Shown: positions 35,475-48,226 of the stretch, piece by piece
How positions within the stretch are numbered: the first letter of the stretch is position 1
How the letters are laid out: each line of letters begins with the position of its first letter
Assembly: GCA_004431415.1 (NCBI GenBank)
Contig: QPMI01000599.1
Span: 1 to 64,000 of the forward strand
Direction of reading: 5' to 3'
Length of the DNA: 64,000 bases
Origin: Cyanophora paradoxa CCMP329
Taxonomy: Eukaryota > Plantae > Glaucophyta
The notes under the pieces: generated by a model
The model's input: only the letters and a program-made list of their open reading frames with translations
What the model was told of the DNA's origin: nothing
Database searches by the model: none
Position numbers and translations under genes: made by a program

Positions 35475-35790
35475 GTCGCCGCCGACTCGCCGGCGACTCT
35501 CGGCGGCGAGTCGGCGGCGACTCGCCGCCGACTCGGCGCCGAGTCGGCCGGGCCGCCCGGGCGCCGAGTCGCCGCCGACTCGCCGGACCCGGGAGTCGTG
35601 ATCATGACTCTTGAGTCTCATGATCATGCCATGATGACTCTTGAGTCTTGACCGTCGGACTCTAGATCTTGAGCCGTGGGCCGGGTGGGCCCGTGGCCCC
35701 CGTGGCCCGTGGGCCCGTGGGCCGTGGCCCGTGGGCCGTGGCCATGGCCATGGGCCGTGGGCCGGCGCCGTGAGGGCCCGCGGCCCGTGA
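35475..35790. repeat. Low-complexity minisatellites (cgccgactc / ggcccgtg units)
   Basis: Direct and inverted copies of gactcgccg and (g)ggcccgtg. Confidence 0.8.
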
Positions 35791-36753
35791 CTCCCCGGGT
35801 CACTCCCGGAGTCCGTGAGTGCCGTGACTCGTGATCGGACCCTCCTAGAACGCCGAAGACGGAAGATAAACAAAAAACAAAAAGAAAATAGGTACCATCT
35901 CAAGTACTTCGTATTGTTTTTACGAGGTCCCCTTCATTAAGACGTAAAGTTCTGAGGTCACGGGACTCACGGCCCACGGGCCACGGGTGTACTTGCGGAG
36001 TCTTGCGCTACATGAGTCCGTAACACTGTGTGACATGACTGATTGAAGACAAGCTCATGATCACTGTAATTCTTAAACTTAAACTAAGAACGTAAACTCA
36101 GAAACTAATTCGAATTCTTTAAATCAAACTTTCGGTAAACGTTAACGTAGAATCTTCGACAGTGTCTTTATAATTACTTCGTCTGTATTCGTCAGATCTA
36201 GACCTGCGCTCTGACGAATATTTGATACTTTTGAACTGAAATTTTCTATGGTGATGGCCGGGGTACTAACGGCTGACTCGCAAATTCGAGAGTCGCAATC
36301 GTCTCTAGATCTGGCGGAGTCCGACGGTCGCGGCCCTCGCGGCCCCGGAGTCGCGGGGCTGACGAAAATATGCTGCTGACGAACCTTATTTTCGACATGG
36401 CTTTAAATTTTCAGGTTTTGCCTGAAAATTAGCCTCGGAGGCCCGGCGGGCCCGCGACTCAGTGAGCCTGTCTGCGGCAGTGCAGCGGCACTAGTACTCA
36501 TGATCACACTACTACTCATCAGTGTGACTGCGCAGTGCGGCACGCCGGCAGCCGCATGCGTAATCAGTGTGACTGCCGCAGTGCGGGCCAGCGGCAGGCT
36601 GCCGGCAGCCGGCGGCAGGCTGGCGGCAGCTACCATACTAGTACTATGATACTATGATATCGATATCCCGATACTTAGTACTAGTAGTACGCTCACTCAG
36701 TGACTGAGCCACAGGCTCACACAGTGTCACACTGTGACAGCGGCTCACAGATA

Positions 36754-36969
36754 CTGTAGGCGTAGTTAAATTGCCGCGTAGTAAAATTGCCGAATTGGTC
36801 CGAAACCGGAATTGCCGTGGCAATAAATTGCCGAATCCAGATTTCTGCTCTATGGCGGGCTAAGCAAATACCTACCCCCCAAGCAATTGCCGTGCTGCTA
36901 AATTGCCGAATTCAGCCTCTCGGCAATTTACGGCAATTATTTACCACGGCTAAAAAACTACGCCTACAG
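36754..36969. mobile_element. 216-bp MITE, Tc1/mariner-type ends
   Basis: 14-bp TIR ctgtaggcgtagtt / aactacgcctacag, flanked by TA on both sides (36752-53 and 36970-71). Internal aattgccg subrepeats occur in both orientations. An inverted partial copy lies at 35341-35401. Confidence 0.85.
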
Positions 36970-37415
36970 TACCGAGCCTGCAGGCTGCATGCGCAGCTGA
37001 TCATGAGTGAGCGGCAGCTGCAGGCATCTACCATATATATACATACATACATATATATAGTGTCTAGGTCGAGCTCACTCGTCTTTGCGAACCTCGGGAC
37101 TCGGGGAGTCTGGACTCTAGATCTGGAGTCGGGCCCGGGAGATCATCAGGTCGTTGCAGCGCTAGCCTGGCACGTGCACTGGCTGGCAGCGTGCTGTCGC
37201 CTGCAGCCGCAGCTGCCACTGCACACTGCCGCTGCGCTACCGGTAGCTGCCTCGCAGCTCCAGCTGCAGCCTGACCGTCGGACAGCGGCTCGCCGCTCGG
37301 TGGACACTTGATTTCAGTGCACGTGGCTTGCGACTGTATACGTTCCACGGTATTCGTAAACCGACGACTGCAGCGGCCATTCCCGGTTCTTGAGCGCACA
37401 GCAATTCTAGCGCTC

Positions 37416-40400
37416 ATGATCATGATCACGATCAGTTTAATTGCAAGGGATGCGCGGTCGCGGCTATTGGTCGTCGTCGCGCTTCTCGTCCTGGCCGCGC
37501 GTGTGTCGGAGGCGGCACCCTTCATCAACGGCGTGTATACGCTCACGGAGGAACCTTCCACCTCTGGCACCGTTCCTGTTGCAGCGGAGCTCGTGCAGCA
37601 GGTAAGCTAGAGCTTTTTGTCTGCAAGACTCTTCAATTTTATAATTAAATATGTGGTCTTGCAATTTGCCAAGTTGTCGCTTTTGGATAATGATGCACAT
37701 GTCCGACAGGCCTTCACAGCAGACATGGGCGGCGTTTCCAGCGTCAACATCCTGGTCAGCTGATCCACTCGTTAATAATTCGAGCTCAATTGCACGTATA
37801 TATATGTACACGTGCACGTTTGAAGAGATGATCTGACGATGGCGCTATCGACGAATATGCGCAGGGCGGACGGCCCAAGGGCAGTTACTCGCGGCTTCGT
37901 CTGAACACAAGTGCGCGTTCTCGCTTTTGCAATAGTTATCAACTAATTACAATGTACGTATGTATTCATGTATATACGTATTTAATTATGCACACGGCAC
38001 GCGTATATGCAGAACCCCCTACTTGGGAATCCCTAAGCTTCCCTTCCGGACTCGACATCGAAAACCGCGTGCGTACACAGACATGTACACGTATCTAGAT
38101 CTTTTTGGTCTGCAGCGATCGCAAAGCACGGCGGTCTAATTTTCCAGGCAGACATTCTCATGGCTCGCCTATGACGGCACGCGCTATGCATACACTTTCG
38201 GAGGTACAATTGCTCATTAATATATATATGCTTTTTAACTTTGGCCTGCGGTCAACAAGCCGCTGAGCTTGAGCAGGGCAGGGTGGCTTGCTGGGCGCCA
38301 CCGACGTCGCCAACTTGGGACAAAGCGTCACCAGATTTGGTTAGCCCATGCAAATAGATCTGTGCTCGCTTCAACGCAAGCGCCAACCTCTGCGGGTCGA
38401 CGCTTTTCAGACTTCCAGACTACGACTGCATCGAGTATTGGGACGTGGACTGCGAGGAAGGGGCATTGTATGGTAAGCCGAGCTCTATTTCCTTCGAAAA
38501 CAATTCATCTTTGAGAATGCAATGGCTGACACTTGGCCAATGAAGGTCTGGTACAACGGGGACCTTTACGTAACGGGCGGCTACGAAGGTGGCGCATCTC
38601 CTGGATACCGGAACGGTTTGTGCTTTTAAATATATTTTGAAACCGAACATAGATAATAAATAGATTTTCTTCGGCTTTCTAATCTGATGCACGCCTAGAT
38701 CTTCTGCGGTTTAAACTGTCAGACAACACTTGGCAGACATTGATCTCTTCTGATTGCAACCGAAACCCGATGCCCGTGGCGCACGGCGCATGCGCGTTGA
38801 TAGGAACGAAACTGTGCGTGAATTGTGATCGGTTGCTACTTTATCTAAATGATATCGCCATTACGATCAGTTACGTCTTCGGAGGAGCGGGCGATTCAAG
38901 TTGCAGGCCTGCAAGCTCCTCTGGAGATACGAGATCGGAGGATATGGCCTTCGGGTGAGTTGCGGTTATAATTATGCACGTGCACGTGCACGTGTGCTCG
39001 GCTGCACAAACTTGCGGTTGAGGCTGGCGTTCGCAGTTACGCAGACCTCAGCGTGGCGAGCCCCACCTGGACTTTCGTGGATGTTCCTGTCTTGAATCCG
39101 GCAGATGCGAACTCTGAAACGTTCTTGCCGCGGGTTACGCCCTGGTGAGTCGATGCGCCAATGGACAGACCATAAAGTTTCCGTCGAATGATACATATTT
39201 ATAAATTATATCGTTCTACGCAGGTCCTGGACGATGACAGTGAACTCGAAACCCATCTGGGTGCACTTTCTGTTGAATCTTAATTATATACAGTTCGAAT
39301 TCGAATGCTCATTCTGCCTCTCTCGCCAGATTCTGATGGGAGGACAGGCGCCGCCCTTATCTTCCACGTCGAGTGTATCGTACTCGACTCCGATAGTGTT
39401 CAAGCCCCGTGCGTTCACGCCTACATCTGCACACTGCGCGCGCGCGCGCGCTTCACGCCGCGAGATGCATAGCGTTAACGCTTTCCATGGTCCGGTCAGA
39501 TTGCGACGCCGCAGGACAATGGACGACGCTTTGCCCGCCTTTCGGTCGCATGTACTCTGACGTCATGCGTGAGCATGAAGCTGTTTGTCGTATGTATACG
39601 CATCGATCCGATCCGACTCGAAGGGTCGCTGTGCCTGCGCATGCGCAGGCGGAGCGGCTGCACACGTTCCCGGCACGAATGTTACCTATCTATGGGGTGG
39701 GATCAATCGCGGAAACGCTCAGGTCGCTCATATCTATATCTATATCTATATCGATCGCTCAGGCGCATTGCAGCTAAGCAATAAACTCTTGCGGCTTGAG
39801 ACCCTAGGTAATTCGATTTTTTTTATTACCCTTCACTCTCCTTACCTTTTACTTTTGATGATGGCATTGAAAAAATAGGCTTTTCAATAAACAAAAAGCT
39901 TTTAAATTTATAATCCGCTCGCGCAATCGCGAGCAGTTAAAACGTTGATTTCCGCTTGTCCAAAGCGGCAACGTTAACACCTGATGCACGCTATCGTGAT
40001 CATGAGCAGTTGATGACACGTGTGACAAACCCTACGAGCGCGCAATACGACGGACTTATTGCCCGATGAGCGGGGGCATGTTCAAAGACGAGCCAAACCC
40101 AAACGCCCCTACGCCGAGCCCGAGCCCATCGCCCACCGCCAGCCCGTCTCCCAGCGCGAGCCCGACGTCGACGCCCAGTCCAAGCCCGTCGCCTCAGAGT
40201 TTGAGCTCGAACCCGACGCCAACTGTGAATCCCACCTCGAATTCGAATTCGAACCCGACGCCAACAGCAAATCCCACTTCGAATTCGAACTCTGGACCTA
40301 CATCGAACCCAGGGACGCCGGCAACACCGACTCCCTCGCCTGGCCCGTCGACTAGCCAGACGCAAAGCGGGGCAAGCTTAAAATTTGAAGTTTTCGAGGA

Positions 40401-41577
40401 GTTCAGCTTATTATAATGCTGACGTTTTGCTCATATGCGCAGACGTCGACCTTGCAGCTCGTCAGCCAAGTGTCTTACAAGGGAAGCACCCAGACCGTGC
40501 ATGTCAACAAATCGGCAGATGGATCAGAGCTCATTGCGTCGTATCCTTCGCCGTTCATCACTTCGTCCGTCCGTGGCGGTGACGTGGTCACAGTGATCGG
40601 TCAGAATTTCCCCTACGGGAGTCCCGTTCGTGTGTTCGTGGAAGGGGACAGTGGCGAGAGGCGCGAGTGCGATGGCGCGTCCGTCGTCTCAACCACATCA
40701 ATCGTTTTCAGTGCGCATGTGCATCGATCTCGCTTTAGCTATAGCTAGCGGTCGCCGAGACTGATCTTCAAGCTTAAGCTTACACTGATCATGGCCGCTC
40801 GACAGATAACCCTCCGTTCAACACGACGACTACGGGCGCAAGCGGGAGGCAGCTGCGGGCATCGACATCGCGTTCTTTGCTGGAATTCTCCCTCTCCAAG
40901 GCTTACTCGATACGGGTGTCGTCACCGAACAATCTATTTCCGGCTCTAGTGCTGCGAAACGTGAGCTGCTTCTGACTTGAAGAGCTTCTAGAGTTGCTGC
41001 GCATGCGCCATCGATATATATCGAATTATTATCGATGTCGATGCTAATGCGCATTCAGGCGTTCATGTGGATTCCGGATAGTAATTCGAACGCCGGTGCC
41101 GGTACCGGTAACACTGGTACTTCTACCTCAAACACCAACGCTGAAAACTCTTCAAAGGGCAATGTCCCGGTGCGTCCCACGCGTACGATCGTCTGCGTCT
41201 CATGATCACCTGTCTGATCGATCGCGAGCCTGAAATTGACATTCCATGTACATGTGCATGCGCAGCTGATCGTCGGCCTTGTTGTGGGGCTCGTCGGGTC
41301 CGCGTCGTGCATCCTGTGCGCAGTCTGTGTGTTTTGTTTCTACAAGCGGAAGCGAGACGAGAACCGCCGCCAACGGGTCGCCCCCCTGCAAAAGGAGGCC
41401 GGCGCCCAACTTGTGCACGTTCTCAGCACCCCGCGGTCAATTGCAGCCGGTGCCGGCGGTGCGGTGCACATCGTACCAATATCAGACGGGCAGAGCGTGC
41501 GCACTAGGCGTGCGAGTATCAGCAAAACGCCCGGGGATCCAGACCACGAGCTCGATTTCAAAAAAGAGTATCCGTAG
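37416..41577 (+). CDS. Type-I membrane protein: signal peptide, kelch-like repeats, Ser/Pro/Thr stalk, IPT/TIG-like domain, TM helix; internal exons uncertain
   Basis: Signal LLVVVALLVLAARVSEA; kelch-like WYNGDLYVTGG, AHGACALIGTKL|YVFGG and ILMGG; PTPSPSPSPT stalk; IPT-like PFITSS.RGGDVVTVIGQNF; TM LIVGLVVGLVGSASCILCAVCVFCFY followed by KRKR. Confidence 0.7.
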
Positions 41578-42719
41578 ATCAAATTAAATATCGCTCACTG
41601 AGAATTATTCTCTTATGCTCCGAGGCTCTAGATCTGTAGCTCGCGCAACAACGTGCAGGATGTAAATGTATTCGAAGCTGTAGATCCGATATCGATGATC
41701 TTATATATTTATAATTAGCAAGACCAGCGACAGATAGCTATAGTACGCATACCACGGTATTCTATAGCTAGGTCCCAATTGCACATTGATCAATGATTAA
41801 ATACCGCTCGCTTTCAAGTAATTCTCTGTATATATATGTGTATACGTATACGTATACGTATATATACGCAGATTGCAGCTTAGCATGATCAGTTCTTCCC
41901 AAGATCGAAGAATTCGAAATCTAAATAGACAGATCTAGCTATAGGTAGCGATATCCTAGTATACGTAGCAAGCCTGAGCGCAAGCGTTGATCGATAATAT
42001 ATTATTCCAGGCGCCGGCTACTGAGCCGGCACCAGCTTTGCCTCCGCACAGACCCTCAAAATCCACTCCAACACTCGACGGGGCAAATGCCCGGCCCGCC
42101 CTGAGGTCCCCCCTCCCCCAGACACCCTCCCCCGCCCAGCCCCTCCGCAAGGTCGCTCCCCCCCAAGTCCCCGCCCAAGGGACCCGGCCACAACACCCAA
42201 CCATCCAAACGCCCCGACCCCTCCCATGCCCCCCCCTCCAATGACATATGCATCCCCCTACCCACGCAAACGCACAGCCACCGCCCATCTCGCCCCCGAC
42301 CCCAAAAGCCCTCGCCCCATGGCCATGGCCTCCACATCCTCCGCCTCTCCGCCTCCCGGCCCCCTACCCACGACCAAACGGTCGGCAGCTGCAGCTGGCC
42401 GTAGATGATCAAGCGCGTGACTAAAAAAGCGCGACTGACACCTGCTGGACAGCCTACCATCATGTCCCTCTTCGCACCCAGTGTCTATATATAAACCTCT
42501 CACGACACCCTCACCCGGCGCCCCAGTACTAGTGCCGCAGGATGTACCCCCCCCCCCCCCCCCCCCTTCGCACCTCTCACGCCTTACCCGTCGACCCCGG
42601 CCCCTCGAGCTCCACCCTCCGCCCCAAACGACCTACGTATACCCGACCCCATCGTCCCCGGCTCGGCCCCTGCCCCTTCTCTGCCCCCTCGACGCCGAAT
42701 GACCTCTCGACTCCGCCTC

Positions 42720-43400
42720 TCCCGCCGGCCTCGGCCGCCACCCTGGCCTCGGCCGCCCCTCTGGCTTCGGCCACCTCCCCGGCTTAAAGCTTCGGCCACC
42801 CCCCTGGCTTCGGACACCCCTAGGCCTCTGGCTTCGGCCGAGCGGGACTGGCCAGTCCCGCGCGCCCATGGCCACCCCTCGATCTATTACGTATACGTAG
42901 GCCAGCTGCAGTAATTATAAGCGAGGCGCCGGCGCTCGCGATCGGATCTTGCAATTGGCGCTCGGAACTGAATGCCCGCTTCGTTGTCCCGCTTCGCTGA
43001 ATGCCCGCAATTGCAATTGGCGCTCGGAACTGAGCTGGCCAGCTGATCGCTGCAGCTGTGAAGCCTGTGGGCGCCATGGCCAGCCCCCACAGACCTGGCC
43101 TGAACTGTGGGCCACAGTTCAGCTGCCGACGTGAAGATCTATATAGCTAGGGGCCCCGCCCCCACTAGCACTCTGCGCGCAGCTGCCGACGTGAAGATCT
43201 ATATAGCTAGGGGCGATCGAATCACGCACAGCGATCGCGAGCTCGAGGCGCCGGCGCGGCGCTCGGAACGTGGCGCTCGGAACTGCGTGCCCGCGTCGCC
43301 GTGCCAGACTGAGCTGCGGCTGGCCAGCTGCTCGCCGGCTCGCTGCAGCGCTAGCTGCGACGCCTGTGAGCGCCATGGCCAGCCCCCAGCTGCAGACCTG
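42720..43400. repeat. Cluster of short tandem and dispersed direct repeats
   Basis: ~18-bp ggc(c/t)tcggcc..ccct units at 42725-42840; a ~35-bp cagctgccgacgtgaagatctatatagctaggggc twice at ~43120 and ~43180; paralogous blocks at ~42920-43100 and ~43245-43400. Confidence 0.8.
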
Positions 43401-44794
43401 ATTCAACGCGCGCACTCGTACCCCCATCGCCGATCGCCGATCGCGAGTCGCGTATACGTACTAGCTTTCACTGCGTTCGCCCCCACTTGCCATCGGCAAG
43501 AGGGCACTCGTACCCCCAGCCATGCACCGAGCTCTCAAGCTTTCGGCGCGGCGCCTGGCGCGCGGTATCGTGATCACGCCGAGTCAGCGCCCGCCGAGCG
43601 AGGCAATCGGCAGGCACGACGTCGAGGGCCTGGGCCCGCCGGTCCCGCGCCGCGCCGCGCCGGTCCACACGGTGCGCGTACGCGTGCGCATGCGCCGGCC
43701 GCGGTTTCTCCGTCTTCGATGCAAGTGCTAATCGATGCGAAGCCTTACGTGCCGATTCCGCACCTGCACGAGGAGCGCGGGACGCGCGAGGCGGATTCGT
43801 GCGGGCCCTCCGACGAGTCGTGCCGCGAGCAGCACCTCGAGGGCAAGTACCTGTACGACAAGCACGATTTCGAGCGGTGCGCGCGCGCGCTAGCGCTGCA
43901 CGCAGCGCCGCGCCGCGCGCACGCTGCAGCTAGCGCTGCAGCTGGCGCTGAAATTCGATCGTACGCGCATACGTACGCGTGTTGAGTGCTGCAATTGCGC
44001 AGGAACGTGCAAGTCAACCGCCATCAGTCGCACTCGGGATTTCCGGACTCCGAGACGCTGGATCCGCCGGCGGCGCCGTCCGACCCGCCATGCGAGCCCT
44101 CCGCCTCGCGCTCGAACTCGCCCCTCCATCACAACTACATCCGCGGCGACAACTAGCTCTTGAGCTTTTGCAATTGTTTCTCTCCGTTGAGCTCGTAAAG
44201 CTTGCATCGATATATCAAAACAAGGTGCTGCGACCACCCTCTGTTAGGGCACTTGCAGGCAATCCAAGCGTTGGCCGGGGCCTTCGGGTCAAAGATGGTT
44301 GAAAGATTGAGACATTTGAAGGGTAATGGAACAACATTTGCGACCGCGCTTTGAGCGCTCTATACAGATATAGTAGTAGCTACGCTGTTACATCAATCAA
44401 AAAGAGCTCTGTGATGCGGTTCATGGATTAACGAAGATGGATCTGAAGCGAATTTGAAGGGAGAACTGTGCCCGGAGGACGAGCAGTGAGTGCGCTACAA
44501 GCGCAGACGAACAGCGAGCCTAATTTAAACAGACGGAATCGCGGGAAGAGGATATACGATACTAGCCTAGGAGACCAACGACCGACGGAAGGCATATGAA
44601 CAGGAGAGAAGGCTACACCGAAGCACCCCACGGACCCACTAAAGGGGGAGGAGGGCGGCGCCCCGGCTCGTAGCTCGAGCCAAGAGACACCGCCCTCCCC
44701 GGGAGACATGCACATGCACACACACGAAGAAGCAAGGCGCCGACGAAAACTGCGACCCCCCAACCCGCCCCTGCCTGCCCCGGAGAAAGCGAGC

Positions 44795-47172
44795 CTAGAG
44801 GAAGTTGCGGACGACCTCCATGTGGCTCGGCTGCAGGTACTTGTTGCGGATGGCCGAGAGGTCGCTGCGGGCGAGCAGCGACGCCGTCGCCTTGCGCAGG
44901 TGCCGCGCGCAGTTCTCCACCGTCCCCGGCGCGTGCATGTCCAGGAGGAACGCGGTCTGCGGGGCGAGCGAGTCAGCGGATTCGAACCGAACGAGCGGAA
45001 GTTGGGTCCCGAGATCGATCGCACCGAGAGGCGGGTCGTCTCGCTGTCGCTGCAGCGGTCGACGGCGACGTGCAGGGCCGCCGCCGCCAGCACGGACGGA
45101 GTGTACTTCAAGAACGAGTAGTCCTGCGCCCCCGACCCGCTCAGAAAAGGAAGGGGAAGGAAGGAAAAGGACGGGGGCGGACCTGGAGGGCGACCTCGGT
45201 CAGGAACTTCGCCGCTTCGAAAGCCGCCTTGTTCGGAGAGACGCGGGAGACCGACCAGCAGCGGAGGAAGTCTGCGGGGCGGGTGAGGCGCCGGGCGGGC
45301 GGGCGGAAGGGCGGGAGGAGCGGAGGCGCGCGGACCGTAGGGGGACGGGAAAGAAAGCTCCCAGTTCAGGGCCTTAAGCAACAGCTTCTCGGTTTCGACG
45401 ATCTGGAGATCGAGAGCTTGAGCGGGGGGCGAGGGCCGGGGCGGGGGCGGATAGGGGGGGGCGCACCATCTTCCAGTTGTAAGCGTTGTCGCAGATATCA
45501 GAGAACTCGGTAACCTGGCCGGAAACGATAAGCCGCCGGCGCGCGCGAGGAGAATAGGGCAGGGGCGGACCCGGTGGGGGTCGATCTCCTCGTACTTGGA
45601 GGCGAGCCACATGCACGTGACGCCCACCAGCTGGAGGTTCGACTTGTCGATCCGATGCTTCGACAGGAACTGAGGAGTCCCGTGAGCGTGGGAACCGGGC
45701 GGGCGGGGCGGGGACGGCGGCCGAACCTTGTCGATCAACGCGACGGTAAGATACAGAGTCTCGTTCGAGAGCTGGAACTCGGTGTGAACGTCAATGATCC
45801 AGTCCACAAGGACGGCGCGCATGCCAATGTCGATGGCGGGCTGTCCGGGGGAGATCAAATCGCGCGCGGCGGGCGGCGACGCGGGCGAGGGCACCTGCTG
45901 GCTCATGTACGAGCTGTCGACACCCCAGCGGTGCTGCACGCGGAACGGGGGCGCACGCCCGGTCGGCGGCGAGCGGGGCCCGGGCGCGCGGGGCGCCGGG
46001 CACCTCGTTCTCCCACAGATAGGCGAGGACGTCGTCGACGTTGTCGAGCTGGCCGAAGGTGACCTTGCTCTCGTACGTCTGGTCGCGCACGCCGCTGCAT
46101 GCCGCGGGGCTCTCCTGGGTGAAGGGGACTTGGAGGACTTGGGGGTGGGTGGCGGGAATGGACGGGGCGGAAGAGGCGGGGGCCGCCGGTGCGCAGGGAG
46201 CGCACTCGTCGGCCGGGGAGGAGGAGGAGGAGGAGACGAGGCTCGGGACAGAGTCGCCGGACAGGGAGGAGAGGGAAGAGGAGGGGCGGGCGGGGCGCTC
46301 AGCGTCGTCCGACGCGTCGCAGGCCTTCTTCAGCGCGACCGGCTGCTTCTGAGTGACAGTCTCATCATCGCTCTGCGCGTGGGGGGCGGCGAAGAGCGGG
46401 CAGCGGTCAGCAAAAAAGGCGCGAATGGAATCGGCGGGAAAGCCCGCATCGCCCGTATCCTCAGCAGGGGGATGTCACTAAGCGGTGAAGAGCATATAGA
46501 GACGCACCATAACTATGCTCATGTTCACTCCCTTGACCAGCTCCGAGATGACGGAGTTGGCGATCTTGGCATCGTTTTCACTCGCCAGGCTCCGCGCAGA
46601 CGGCGCCCGCGGTGCATTGCTGGATACCTAGAAGCAAGAGGAAGTCAGCGGTGCGAGATGGTGGCGCGATGGGCGCCGCCGCGGGCGCGGGAATGGTTGG
46701 CGGGAAGCGAACCCGCGTCATACACTCGAACTGCTGGCGGGCGCTGCACTTGCCAGCACGATCGGAAGAGGCGACCTTGGGCTTCTTCACAGCCGCAGAG
46801 TCGTCCTCCTTGAACGCCCGGCGCTTTTGCCCGACGACCTCCTGCTCGTTCTCCTTCGACGCGGCCTGGACGCCGGCCGACGATTTCCGGGTGATGCGAG
46901 CGACTCCCTTGCGTGTGCCAACGGTCTTGAGAGGTGCGGTGATGTCGGCGTCGGTGCTGCGGGTGGCGGGAAGGTCAAAATGTTGGCGCCAACCCAGGAT
47001 CTCAACCAGCGGGCGATAGCGGTGGAATGCAGACGTTGGAAAGTGACATAAGACGCTTAAGGGCGCCGCTGACGCGGCCAGGGGCGGGCGTGCGCCGTCG
47101 CGCTTTAATTGAAGTTTGGCGGCAGCGCCCGCACCTAAGCGCGTTCGTTGTGACCTCGCCCAGAACCGGCAT
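44795..47172 (-). CDS. Mitotic cyclin (A/B type), multi-exon
   Basis: Cyclin box [53 protein letters not shown]...EKLLLKALNWELSFPSPYDFL...DYSFLKYTPSVLAAAAL; ends AIRNKY..VVRNFL*. The N-terminal region has a KEN motif. Confidence 0.9.
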
Positions 47173-47896
47173 TGAACTTCTAGAACTGCGACGCGGACAC
47201 CGTGCCGTGCCGCGAAAGCTTATGCCAGCGTGGGACGAGGGAGCCTTGGCGGGAGCTTGGACTGGGCGGTCGGACCCGTACCCCCTATTTGATCCCCCCT
47301 TTAGCCGGAAAGCGCGCCGTTTCGGTCTTTTCCCGCGTATCTTGCATCTTCGTGGCCAGTTCATGCGTCCTGCATGATATCCACATCGATGCTGGATGCG
47401 CGTCGTTCAAATGCAAGTCATTGCAAGATCGAAGCGCCGCGCGCGGCGGTCGAATTCGAAGCTCCCAACGTTGACGTTAACTAGGCAAGCGCTAGCGCTA
47501 GCGCTCAAGCTCAAGCTCCCAGCGCGCGCTTAGCTAATTATTCGAAACTTCAAATTTGAATTTGCATCGATATGCAGCCGCTCAGCGGCTGCACGTGAGC
47601 GCTGTCCGAATTCAAACCGCCGCGCCGCCCGCCTCCGCCCGCAGGCCAGCCCGGGGACCCCCCCGCTCCCCCCTCCCCCCCTGTGGCCGCCGCTGGCGGC
47701 CACGCTTCGGGGTCCATCAGGGCAGAGCCCGGACCGCCAGCCCGGACCGCCACGCTCGCAAAAGAAGAACCGGGCCGCTTGGGACTGCTGATGCAGGCGG
47801 CTTGGGAACGGAGGCGAGAGGGATTCGATAATGCGAAGCGAAGGGAGGTTCACAGGGGACTCGGACGCGAAGGAGAGGGGAGGGGGGCCCGGGGCC

Positions 47897-48194
47897 TCAT
47901 CCGAAGATCTTCCGCGCCTTCTCGATCTTGCGGGTGACCTGATGCGGGACGAGAAGGGGGGCGGTCAGCGGTGCGCGGAGGAGGCGGGAGGGGGGTCGGC
48001 GGCACCTTCTCCTTCTTCTCGACGAGCGCTGCGATGTCCGTCGTCTTCCCGAAGTAGTAGGCCTGCGGCGGAGCCGAATCGGAAAGCGGCCCCGGAAGGG
48101 GTCGAACCCGCAGCGGACCTGGAGGCGGTCGAGGAGGGCGCCGAACGCCTCCTTGGACTTGGGCGAGCGCAGGACCTCCTTGTTGGGGCCTGGC

Positions 48195-48226
<32 letters not shown>

